From: Eledone cirrhosa
Taxonomy: Eukaryota
Reading direction: 5' to 3'
DNA: 64,000 nt
Assembly: GCA_964016885.1 (NCBI GenBank)
Contig: OZ024740.1
Span: 268,212,001 to 268,276,000, forward strand
In this document: positions 36,640 through 48,329 of the stretch, piece after piece
Numbering within the stretch: position 1 is the first letter of the stretch
Layout of the letters: every line of letters starts with the position of its first letter
Translations under genes and position numbers: made by a program
Notes under the pieces: model-generated
Databases searched by the model: none
What the model was told of the DNA's origin: nothing
What the model saw: the letters and a program-made list of their open reading frames with translations, nothing else

Positions 36640-38200
36640 GAATTGACAAAGGGTTTGATACGGTGAATAGAAATGGCTTATGGAAGATTCTGATTAAGCT
36701 GGTGGTCCTGACAAGTTCGTATCAGTTCTGAAAGGCTTTTCGTGAAGGTATGCAAGTTTTTGTCAATATAAGTTGAAAGGTGCCAGATCCCATCATTGTT
36801 GAAAACAGGATAACACGGAGTGCTATAAAATCTCCTACACCGTTTACATTGTATTACTCTATGGTTCTCCTTATGGCATTTGAGCACTGCACACATGGAC
36901 ATTATATCAAGTATCGTTCGACACGCAAGTTATTTAACACCAGATAATATGCTGCCAAAACAAAGGTGTTCACTTCTTAAATACGTATATTTTGGTATGC
37001 AGATTATTGTGATTTATTGCTCACTCTCAGAGCAACATGCAAAAACTGATGGATTCTTTTTCGGGGGTTTGCATTGCCTCTGACAACCAGTTTGGCCAAG
37101 ACAGTTGTCATGTATCAGTCTGCTCCGGGCAAGGATTTCACTGAGCCTAGCATTTATGTGTATAGAAAAATATTGAAAGTTGTGAATATATTTGTGCAGC
37201 ACAATTAACATGACAAACACCCTTGATGATAAAATATTTTTACAACTGCAGAAAGCAAGTGATCCTTTTGGTAAATTAGATCCGTGTCTCTCGTTGCAAC
37301 GTCAGGTTTCCATTGATAAAAGGCTAAAGCTGTACAGAACATGTGTATTGTCTTCATTATTGTATGCATGTGAAACCTGGGTCACATACCAGTGAAATAT
37401 AAAAATGCTTGAATATTTTTTTATCAACAGTGTCTTCGCCGAATACTCGGTATCCTTTGGTGATCACATATGAGTGAATTGAAGTGCTGGAACGAAGTCA
37501 TTCTGAAAATTTTGAATCTCTCATAATTCAATATAGATTGAGCTGGAGCGGCCATGTCAGAATTCCAGATAGTCGTATTCCTAAGCAGTTACTGTATGGG
37601 GAGTTAGTCAAAGGCAAACGGCCAAGACATAAATAAAAACTCAGTTATAAAGACTATATCAAAAGAGATTTAATAAAGTAAAAAAATCAGAGAAGATAAA
37701 TGAGAAAGCACTGCCTTAGATCGATTATCGTTTATGAACATAGTGTTTAATGGAAAATAGGAATTAGAAAACTCTCGTGTGGAACATGAACAATTAAAGA
37801 GGGGTTTGCGTAAAGGTCTACACGATATTACTTTACCTGGAGTTTTAGATGTCCAAAATAACTTTATGTGCAATGACTGTGGCCAGATTTGCCTCAGCAA
37901 AGCTGGTCTTAGAAGTCATCATAGAAGCCATGTAGAATATGTTGCCGATTATGGTCTCTTTGGTATTTCTACCCGTCATATGTGTGGAAAACAATGTGCG
38001 TTGGTCGGTGAACTCCAGCTTTATTTGAAAATTCACCAAAACAAAACAACGAACCAAAGTGTAAGTAAGGTTCATCAATGCAGTACCTGCAGAAAGGAAT
38101 GGAGATCATTGGCAGGGCTAAAGGGCCATGTTCGAGCCATCCATGTGTGAGAGTTGGATCAGGTGGTAACAATTTTTGAAATCGAGATGTATCCATCATG
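36640..38200 (+). mobile_element. Decayed RTE LINE with three C-terminal C2H2 zinc fingers
   Basis: LTKGFDTVNRNGLWKIL, YRTCVLSSLLYACETW, RLSWSGHVRIPDSRIPKQLLYGEL; ORF 37779-38150 has CNDC...HHRSH, a degenerate middle finger and CSTC...HVRAIH; ATGT tail. Confidence 0.85.
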
Positions 38201-38220
38201 TATGTATTATGTATATATAT

Positions 38221-38286
38221 ATAGGAGAAAGTATGACCCCAATGTCAGAGCTCAAGCCGTTTCGACGGCTATTTCTGGACTAAATA
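38221..38286. mobile_element. Single arm of the 3444-3560 palindrome family
   Basis: CAGAGCTCAAGCCGTTTCGACGGCTATTTCTGGACTA versus CAGAACTCAAGCCGTTTCGACGGCTATTTCTAGACTA. Confidence 0.7.
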
Positions 38287-38299
38287 GGATTCATGGTTA

Positions 38300-38725
38300 A
38301 TATCTGTATACAACAACTGCAACGGTACGCGATTGGGCCCACCCACAGCCCCGGCGGACAGAATGGAGAAGGCGTTTCCCCGGAGGACGGCAAGGGAGAC
38401 GCGCTGCAAAAGCCACTCCAGCTCAGCGCCTATGGTGGTGAGTAAGGAGGTAGCCCTGGGGCCGAGGACACCAGAGGTCTCCACTGCCAGGGGTACGACC
38501 GCAAACCTGTCGGAGAGCGACCGGTATTTGAGGAGTTTGGCCCCCTCAGCCTGACGTGCAGTAGAACCTGGGTCAGTCGCAGACTGCACAAGGTTGCGGC
38601 TGCAGAAAGTGTCGGTGCAAGTGGCATCCCAGACGAGGGGTTTGTCACCGCGGAACGGGAAGATGGTCATGCCATCTGGCATTTTGCCGTCCCCTCGATC
38701 CAGCCCCACCGGCTCGAACTGCAAT
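38300..38725 (-). mobile_element. CRE-clade-like non-LTR retrotransposon 3' fragment (restriction-like endonuclease)
   Basis: EPVGLDRGDGKMPDGMTIFPF...LVWDATCTDTF...AEGAKLLKY...VPLAVETSGVLGP...LQRVSLAVLRGNA; GC-rich relative to flanks. Confidence 0.75.
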
Positions 38726-38991
38726 TTAAGTTGGATTTGTTAAATATTTTATGACGTTAGAAATAATCCAGGTTTCTTAAATAACCAGCATATGTGTTAA
38801 ATCCATTTCTGATATGCCTAGTTATTCGGTTATATTTTTATATAAGCCATAACTTTTGTTGTATGTACGTTTTGTTATATAAACTTAGTTTATTATATAA
38901 TCCATATTTGTTTGTTTCATAAGGTTACAAATAATTAACGCTTGTTAAATAGTTCGGTTCTTTTAAAATATGTAATCTATAGTTCTTATGG

Positions 38992-39262
38992 TGGAGGCGC
39001 GTGGCATAATGGTAAGGGTGTTGGACTTACGATCACGATATCACGGGTTCGATTCCTGGCTTGAGTTGCTCTTGAACAAATCACTCCATTTCATGTTGTT
39101 CCAGTATACTCAGTTGGAAATGGGTACCAGAAATAGCTGGATATGTAATCCTGAGATGGACTGGTGTCCTGTCCAGGAGGAGTCTTGTACTCTCAGTCTC
39201 TTCACGCCACGAAACTGGGATAAGCACCGGCTTGACGAGCCTCCTGGCTTGAGAAAGACTTT
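38992..39262 (+). mobile_element. tRNA-derived SINE with conserved-looking central domain
   Basis: A box TGGCATAATGG, B box GGTTCGATTCC, central CCTGAGATGGACTGGTGTCCTGTCCAGG, 3' GAAACTGGGATAAGCACCGG...AGACTTT. Confidence 0.8.
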
Positions 39263-40117
39263 AAATAGTTTTAATAGATCATGTTTTGTTATATGACCTA
39301 AGTTTCTTATATAATCCAGCATTTCTGTAATCTGAGTATGTTATGCAATCGCAGTTATGATTTCTTCAATATGTTTATGTCATTAGAAATAATTCAGATT
39401 TGTTAAATAATCAATGTTTGTTAAGTTACACATATTGATGACATTACATATAAATTAGGACCGAGGTTTGCTAGATTTATAAATTTTTGTGAGTAATGCC
39501 AATTTTCCTTTATTTGTATCTTCCTTAAACCTTGACAACGTATTCCAAACCTATTTAATATGATGTAAAATTTACAAAATGGTTTTTATTTCTTTCCGGT
39601 CTCTGAATTCTGATTTTAAATCCCACCGAAGTAAATTTAGCATTTCAACATTACGTGGTCGATAAATGAAGTACCAGTACAGTATCTCTCATTATCACAC
39701 ACACATACACACACTTTCTCTCTCACTGTCCTCCTCCCCCTATCTCCTTCTATGGAAGAAATCAACTGTGTTCGGGACTTCTATGACTTCATCGAGAGTT
39801 AAGGGCCAATGTTTTGCTCTTTCTTTCTCTCTTTCATTTAATGTTATATCTAACGATTATTTCGTCTCTAGGCATCTTTAATCTTGCTGTAAGCACTGTA
39901 AGCAATCTCCTTCACATTGGTTGTGAACTGTCAATAGGTCGATTATATATTCTGTCGCAATGCAAGCTTGATTTAATTTGCTAAGCCAGAGAAAAGGAAA
40001 TGTTTAATGTAATATATTTATATACATAAATGTTTAATATAGATAAACACACATACAAAGATACTCACATACACACACACACACGGATATATATATATAT
40101 AATAAGGAGAGAGACAA

Positions 40118-40149
<32 letters not shown>

Positions 40150-40193
40150 ATATATATATAATAAGGAGAGAGACAAATATATATATATAAATG

Positions 40194-40225
<32 letters not shown>

Positions 40226-40255
40226 AATGATATAATATATATATAAAATGATATA

Positions 40256-40286
<31 letters not shown>

Positions 40287-40626
40287 AATACTTGCATACT
40301 TACATACGTATATATGAAAACATGGGAAAGCGGACTGAAAACGATTATATATATATATATATTTATATATAATGATAAACGTGGGAGAATTAACAGAAAG
40401 GACAAGACAACGAACGAAAACAAGGCAAAACGAAAGACAATATTTTAAGGGAAACCTTAAAAAATTATTTTTTTAAAGAAATAAAACGAAGACATAGAAC
40501 TTCTGGGTAATCACCCCGTTGAGGTGGTTGTGGCAATTTCGATTACTACCAACGGGATCACAGCGTCTGACACAAGTCTAATGCTGTCCAGTTGAGTAAG
40601 AGACGAAAGATAAGACATTGGCATAG

Positions 40627-40810
40627 GGACGGTGGATTAGCAGTGTCGGTAGAGGGTCGGACGCCATACTTTGACGCATAGCGTTACGCCCTATTCTGAG
40701 TTCAAATCCCGCCGAGGTTAACTTTGCCTTTCATCCTTAAGGGGTCGATAAAATTAAGTACCAGTAATGCACTGGGTAATTGCTGGCCTTGTGTCAAAAG
40801 TAGAAACAAT
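40627..40810 (+). mobile_element. OR-like tRNA-derived SINE
   Basis: GGTGGATTAGCAGTGTCGGTAGAG...GAGTTCAAATCCCGCCGAGG...AGTAGAAACA. Confidence 0.85.
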
Positions 40811-42251
40811 TAGTTTACAGCAATTAAGCTACAATTACACATAGAAAGTTATGTAGAAAATGAGGTCCCGAAAATTATGTAGAAAATGAGGTCCCGACGG
40901 TTGAGCACTTGCCGTTTCAATAGCAAAGAGGTGGGTAGACAGAGAGAATGAGAGAGACAGAGACATAAGCTTTGTACTCAATACTTTTGGAACGATGTAT
41001 AAGCCAGTAATAGTATATTGCACTCTTTTGTTCGATATTTTATGATTGTTTACTTCAGGTTACACACATTAACTCTGGTTAAATTTCATTCTCATATCCC
41101 TGGAGAAAATCGTGATTATGTCGATATATTTCTTTTGGCAAGGTGATTCTTATTAAGCATTAATGTATAGGTTATGCACAATAACCTTGCTATCTCATCC
41201 ACTATTTGACTAAGCATGTAACAATTTGGGTCTCTTTAGCCTACAGCAATAGTAGTTTAAAGCTAGAATACATTATACTAAACAGGTAAAGTCCTCCCTC
41301 TTGTAATATTCTTGACGTCTGTCCAATTATGTCGATGATTTTTGTTGCTATGTTTTTCCTTGCTTTCTTTCGTTTGTTCATGTGTGGTTTTTCGTGACTG
41401 CTCAGTTAACTTGAATTTTGTTAGTTTTCCGATGTTATCGATTATATTTACTGTAAATTTGGTGAAGTGGCGTAATATTGATTGCTTGTGTATAGTTAGG
41501 GTAAATTACATCTAAAGTTGTCTTCGTTATATACAAGTAATCGATGCAAAGTTGTTCCCTAGTCTTTCATATGGATATCTATAGATTCCGATACACTTCC
41601 TTACATTAGGTTATTAAAGATTTTGATTGAAGCAATAACAGACTCTTGTCTTTCTGATTAGTCATCTTTCTTTTAAGTAGTATTCCAAGTGGTGCGTTTT
41701 ATTACTCATAACTAGAGTCAGGATCCTTAACCAAAATGGGTTTTAGATATTATTCTACTCATATGTTTCTATTTGTTTCATTCGCCGGATTTCAGTCATG
41801 CTGGGTGATGTCGTCAAGTGTTTTAGTCGATTATATCGCTCAGAATTTATATCAGTCTGATATTAGTTTCACCAATCTCTGTTTATCGAACCGCTGTGTT
41901 ACGAGACATAACACATTCAACGTAAAGACGACACCGGTGTTTAGGAAAGTATAAATATAAACATAGACAAAGTCACACACACACAAATACACACACAGAT
42001 TCACGCATCTCTCTATGTATCTACATATCCATCGATCCATCTATCTTAATGAAATGCTTAATGACATAATCATCTTGTCATTTATATGTGTGTATGTATA
42101 TAGGCATATGAACCCTGATGGAGTCTTAGGGACTCCGTAGTGACATTTAAATCTGGTGGAGAGTGTCCCCTCTCTAGGTTTGAAAGCAGGTGGGGTTTTT
42201 TCTAGAGAAGGAGAGAGAGAAAAAGAGAATGAGAGGGGGGATAGATATATA

Positions 42252-42290
<39 letters not shown>

Positions 42291-42973
42291 AATTGACAAA
42301 ATATTGGACCCGTACTTTTTATCAGCTATAGCAATGAGATGCGACGTCATTGGAGCCAAGCTTTTCCCTTAGACATCATAGGTGGCGTGAATGTTTATGC
42401 AAGTGTGACGAGCCACAAATATCCTCGCTATTAGAAAAAGCAACCATGAATGATTCACATTCAAAAGTGGGATGACTGAAGTAGAAAAAAAAAGAGACTT
42501 TTTATCGGCAATGAAAGAATGAAAGAAAAATTTGATCTGAACGCAGAGAGTCGCAGCAAATAACGGAAAGCATTCTATTCGACGTTCTCACGAATCTGCT
42601 AATTCCTCAAAATATCTATTATATAGATATTTTAAATGTCACCAGTTACTTGGTTGTCTGATTAAACGTCAAATCTATTGAGAATGCCATTCAGGAAAAT
42701 ATTATGAAGAGTCCACTCTATTCACATAATTCACTTAATGTTATTGGTTTATTGTTATTGATTAGCAGCAAGCCAGCTCTGATTAAGCAGACCTATGATA
42801 AAAAAAAAAAAAAATTCTCCAACTTAATTATACCATCTTTGTTTCATTTATAATGTACTTAAAGTATATATAAATCTTCCTCTGTTTTACGAGGGTAGGC
42901 TATAATTTAAGACAGATTTGGCAAGCATTTCTAGCAGATAGAGCCACCGCATAGAAGTTTCCATACAATCATT

Positions 42974-43010
<37 letters not shown>

Positions 43011-43017
43011 ACGTACG

Positions 43018-43049
<32 letters not shown>

Positions 43050-43114
43050 CATACATATACATACATGTACAAGCATACATATTTACATAAGGATTTCCAC
43101 ACATACATATTAAT

Positions 43115-43495
43115 ATGGTGGCTGCCAACTCGTTTTCGAGTACGGCCACTACTTTATATGTAGGAGAACCCCTACCGACAGCGACTTGAAAACTCTGGTA
43201 GGTACAAACGCTACACTTGTGACAATTATTGACACATAGTGCTGGGTGCATGGTACCATGTGATGACAAGTGCAGAGAGATCTCCAGATATAAAGCAATG
43301 CCTGTGCCGTGAAGTTTTTATAGTGAGCAAAGGCACTGCACAAAGCCAGTCCCACTCTCTTAACCAAGATAATATTTACCAAAAAGAAGAACAAGTCAAC
43401 ATCATTGGATACCATCAGGGTTGCAGGTGTTATATCAGAGTTTTCCTTCTCCTAGAATTCTGCCTTGACAAAGGCTAAGGAGTCATCTCTCCCGG
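43115..43495 (-). mobile_element. Bipartite RTE-derived retroposon with small deletions in the zinc-finger end; 3' stub also at 44066-44116
   Basis: Matches 21562-21972. Confidence 0.8.
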
Positions 43496-43554
43496 AATGA
43501 ATATACATACCTACATACCTACATACCTACATACATACATGCATATATATATAT

Positions 43555-43937
<383 letters not shown>

Positions 43938-44507
43938 ATAATTTGGGAGGGTGTAAACAAAACTAAACAAATTCAGAAACGAAATATATATATATATATA
44001 TATACATATATATATACATATATATATATAAATAAATATATATACATACATCTATACATGCATACATGGTGGTAGCTGCCAACTCGTTTTCGAGTACGGC
44101 CACTACTTTATACCCATGGTATAAGGGTTGCTTAGATACAGAGTATCCCATCTAATTCAGCTACTGTCGAATCACTGAAAGCGATTTTAGGATAGACTCC
44201 TGCCGCCATATTGTCGACTTATGACTAAGAGCCTTCATCATGTCTTGTCTACTCCCATCACTACTCCCTCTATCACAATAGGACCTAAGACACAAAGTTT
44301 GTAAGTACGAAAATTACCTACACATTATTTGATTTAAGTGACATGTGAATGTGCAACACACATACCACCCTCTGAGTATTAGTCATAGTAATCCAGTGAA
44401 AAGATATAAAACAAGATGGCTGGCCTATAACTGCAACCGAATGCTTTATTATCTCGGAGTTTGACTTCTCCGGGTTAGATACGACACTCTAGCAAGTGTG
44501 GAGTCGA

Positions 44508-44558
<51 letters not shown>

Positions 44559-44559
<1 letters not shown>

Positions 44560-44658
44560 TGGGTGTCCCCAAATATGTATACACACTTCAACAGAATTCT
44601 AATAAATATTGCCTGTACAGGTAATTATACTGTGTATACATTTTTGAGGGACACCCTA
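44559..44658. mobile_element. Short Tc1/mariner MITE
   Basis: TA-CTGGGTGTCCCCAAA...TTTGAGGGACACCCTA-TA; same family as 23581-23658. Confidence 0.7.
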
Positions 44659-44715
44659 TATTCACTTTGCATATAGATAAAAATATATAAAAACATATAT
44701 ATACATTTATACATT

Positions 44716-44908
44716 ATTGGATGGCCGTTAACTCTCCTGATTTCGTCTGCCTTTTGGTGGGTTTTGTTTTACATGCTTGCAGGGTTTTCAAGATCATACT
44801 CCTCATCAAGCAAGTTTGTTAGAGTTGCCAGTTTCATCACACCGACGACCCGACCATGTGACAGGTTGTACTGTGTTATATGTTACTAGCAACGTGCTAA
44901 AGCGACCT
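44716..44908 (-). mobile_element. 5' head fragment of the 30127-30660 element
   Basis: CCGACGACCCGACCATGTGACAGGTTGTACTGTGTTATATGTTACTAG is a close reverse complement of 30145-30196. Confidence 0.65.
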
Positions 44909-44936
44909 GGCATGAATACATTTTCAAAACCGTATA

Positions 44937-46185
44937 CAGTAATCCCCCGCTATATCGCGGTTCACTTTTCGCGGTCCCGCTACATCGCGGATTTTTCTTT
45001 GGAACGTATCTAATTTCCTATTGTAGTAATCCTCGCTACATCGCGGATTTTTCTTTGGAACGTATCTAATTTCCTATTGTAGTAATCCTCGCTACATCGC
45101 GGATTTTTCTTTGGAACGTATCTAATTTCCTATTGTAGTAATCCTCGCTACATCGCGGATTTTTCTTTGGAACGTATCTAATTTCCTATTGTAGTAATCC
45201 TCGCTACATCGCGGATTTTTCTTTGGAACGTATCTAATTTCCTATTGTAGTAATCCTCGCTACATCGCGGATTTTTCTTTGGAACGTATCTAATTTCCTA
45301 TTGTAGTAATCCTCGCTACATCGCGGATTTTTCTTTGGAACGTATCTAATTTCCTATTGTAGTAATCCTCGCTACATCGCGGATTTTTCTTTGGAACGTA
45401 TCTAATTTCCTATTGTAGTAATCCTCGCTACATCGCGGATTTTTCTTTGGAACGTATCTAATTTCCTATTGTAGTAATCCTCGCTACATCGCGGATTTTT
45501 CTTTGGAACGTATCTAATTTCCTATTGTAGTAATCCTCGCTACATCGCGGATTTTTCTTTGGAACGTATCTAATTTCCTATTGTAGTAATCCTCGCTACA
45601 TCGCGGATTTTTCTTTGGAACGTATCTAATTTCCTATTGTAGTAATCCTCGCTACATCGCGGATTTTTCGTTAAAACATATCTATTTTCTTATAGTGGTA
45701 CGTACGTCTGAATAGAAAGTATTTAAAATTTAAACTTATTAAATAAGTTTCGATGTGATTGAAGTGTATAGCGTAAGAAAGGGGCAGCTTAAAGCTTTAA
45801 CTATTAAAAAAATGTTTATATTTTTCATTCCATTACTGTTTTACTGATTGTGTTTCTCTTTAATATACTACAAATCCTTCATAGATTGACGGGAGATGTG
45901 CAGTATATTGCCAAGTAGCTAACGTGGCTAGTAATGGTCGTCATTGGTAACACGTGGTACGATGGTTGGTGGTAGTTTCTATATGATCGTTACTGGCTGT
46001 TTTTGGTGTTTAAATACAAAAGTGTGTTTTAATGAGTTTATATGTACTTAAAGCGTGTAGGAGATTTATTTTAAGGCTTAAACTATGAAAACAACGGTTG
46101 TCTTTAGGGTCACTCTATAACGCGGATTTTCATTTATCCAGGTTGGTTCTGGAACGTATCCCCCGCGATAAACGGGGGATTACTG
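44937..46185. mobile_element. pogo/Tigger-like non-autonomous DNA transposon with TA target duplication
   Basis: TA|CAGTAATCCCCCGCTATATCGCGG ... CCGCGATAAACGGGGGATTACTG|TA. Confidence 0.85.
44978..45690. repeat. 56-bp tandem array, about 12.5 units, apparently identical
   Basis: Unit GTAGTAATCCTCGCTACATCGCGGATTTTTCTTTGGAACGTATCTAATTTCCTATT; GGAACGTATC recurs at 45001, 45057 ... 45617. Confidence 0.95.
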
Positions 46186-47065
46186 TATATATAAGTTGTG
46201 GTATTACGCATTGCTTTTCAAAATGTAAATATCTGTATGTAATGTCAGTATACACATTGTGACACTCATAATGCCTGTTGCACTGTACTCGTTTGGAAAT
46301 CCCAGGGCTTTAGATATTTACGATTATCATTGATCTTTGTGAATAATGAAAGTATTAATATCTTTCCAGTAAATTATCAAAGAGAAAACTATTGGATTCA
46401 CTTAAACGGAAACTTGAATATAAATCTTTTTATGTAAATCTTTTTATGTAAATATTTTATGTAAATATTTTATGTAAATGTTTAAACCAATATAATATTC
46501 AGCTAATCATCTTTCAAATAACTACTATCAACACTTAATATAAGAAGATATCTGAAAACAAAGGAGTACTCTAAATCCATTTAAGAACTTCGCAATTGTT
46601 CCAGTCTATTGCCAGTTCGCTTATACATATATTATCCTCATTTTCTGGTTTAAATTCAACAAAATAACTTGACAGATTTTTCATTTCAACAGTTGTTATT
46701 TTTTTTAATATTTAAACCGAATTAATTCAGATGAACTAAGCGATCGAACTGTTCCTGATTAAAATTATGTCAATGCAATTAGATATAAGAGGATTCTGAA
46801 ATGTTAAATAGAATAACATATTAAATGATTAATGCTAATTATTGATTCCTAATGTTGGCAAAGGATTACAAATTTCAGTGAAATTAAAGTCGATTTATCG
46901 ATTTTAGTGTATTTTATAAATACGTATTTTATTGACACTTCGGAATGATGAAAGGTAATGTCAACTCCGGCATGGTTTGAACACAGAATGAAAAAGAAAT
47001 ATACCATAAGACAATTTTCCCAGGGATCCACCGATTTTACAACACTTTATTTAGAATCTAATATT

Positions 47066-47248
47066 TGTTTCTACTTTAGGCACAAGGCCAGCAATTACCC
47101 AGTTCATTACTGGTACTTTATTTTATCGACCCCCGTAAGGATGAAAGGCAAAGTCAACCTCGGCGGGATTTGAACTCAGATCGTAAAGGGACGTAACTAT
47201 GCTGGAAAGCATGGCGTCCGACCCTCTACCGATACTGCCAATCCACCG
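47066..47248 (-). mobile_element. OR-like SINE with 12-bp target-site duplication
   Basis: TSD GAATCTAATATT at 47054-47065 and 47249-47260. Confidence 0.9.
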
Positions 47249-48231
47249 GAATCTAATATTGATTATTTATCAACTCTGTCAAATTACCTCCCTGCAAAGC
47301 TTTCTGACTTTGACACGAGTGCACACGATGCTGTAAATATGAAGTTTAGGCTATCGAATTGATCTTAATGTATCACTGAAAGTTATTTTATCTATCTCAG
47401 AGGTATGGAAGGTAAAATCTGCAATGTGATTTGAGCTCAGAATTCACCTAAACAGCGAAAGTCTAGAATCAAACGCGGTTTGGTGGTTTAACATTAATAT
47501 TTGATTCTTTTCTGCATTTAGTGGAATTCACCCTTTTCGAAATATTCTGAGTAGATCTTTGGTTCCGATAACACCAGTACTTTTCCTGCAAATGCTGAAA
47601 CTAGGCGTCGGCTGTATCAATTTTATTAGGCTAGGACGGCGTGATCAGTTTCTTCCACACAGAATAATTCATTTCAAATAGAAATTTTAATATAATAATT
47701 ATTTCTTACATTACCCCAGGTACACATATCTGAAACCGTTGCGCTGTCAAATGAAATGTTCAAAGAATATTACTGATGCATATTTCATACATTGGGTGGA
47801 AATATGTATTCATACATTGGGTGGAAATATTTGTAATGTTCAAATTTAGTACCCAAATTCATATATTTGGTGGAAATGTGCAGTGGATTAAATCGACTAT
47901 CCGAACTGGAATAAATTCCACCATTTTTCATATAAAGATATAAAACGGTGACAATAACAAATATACAGATTTGTAAATAGAGATGAAGATAATGTAAGGA
48001 TTAAAAATAAACAATCCCTATAATTGATAGGGGTCTTGAGAATAATTTGCAGAAAAATACATAAACGAATCCCCAGAATGTACGAATATACATAACGAAT
48101 AATAAATATTATTACTATGCAGTGTACACAAGTTACGTAGAGAATTGTCAATAGAACAGATAAAACAAAATCTCACATGTACGCAAGGCGCACAGATGAA
48201 TGCACAGCAGCAGCAGTGCAATGAAAACATT

Positions 48232-48278
<47 letters not shown>

Positions 48279-48329
48279 ATAATAATAATAATAATAATAA
48301 TAAGAAGAAGAAGAAGAATAAGAAGAATA

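Noticed and set aside
37779-38150. Host C2H2 zinc-finger gene
   Set aside because: Contiguous with decayed RTE RT sequence upstream and an RTE-type 3' end downstream
38992-39068. tRNA gene
   Set aside because: A and B boxes are followed by SINE body and tail; no complete cloverleaf acceptor stem evident
40088-40190. Short direct repeat TAATAAGGAGAGAGACAAATATA x2
   Set aside because: Consistent with ordinary slippage duplication in a TA tract
44978-45690. CRISPR-like appearance of the regular array
   Set aside because: Units are contiguous and identical with no unique spacers; eukaryotic context; no cas genes
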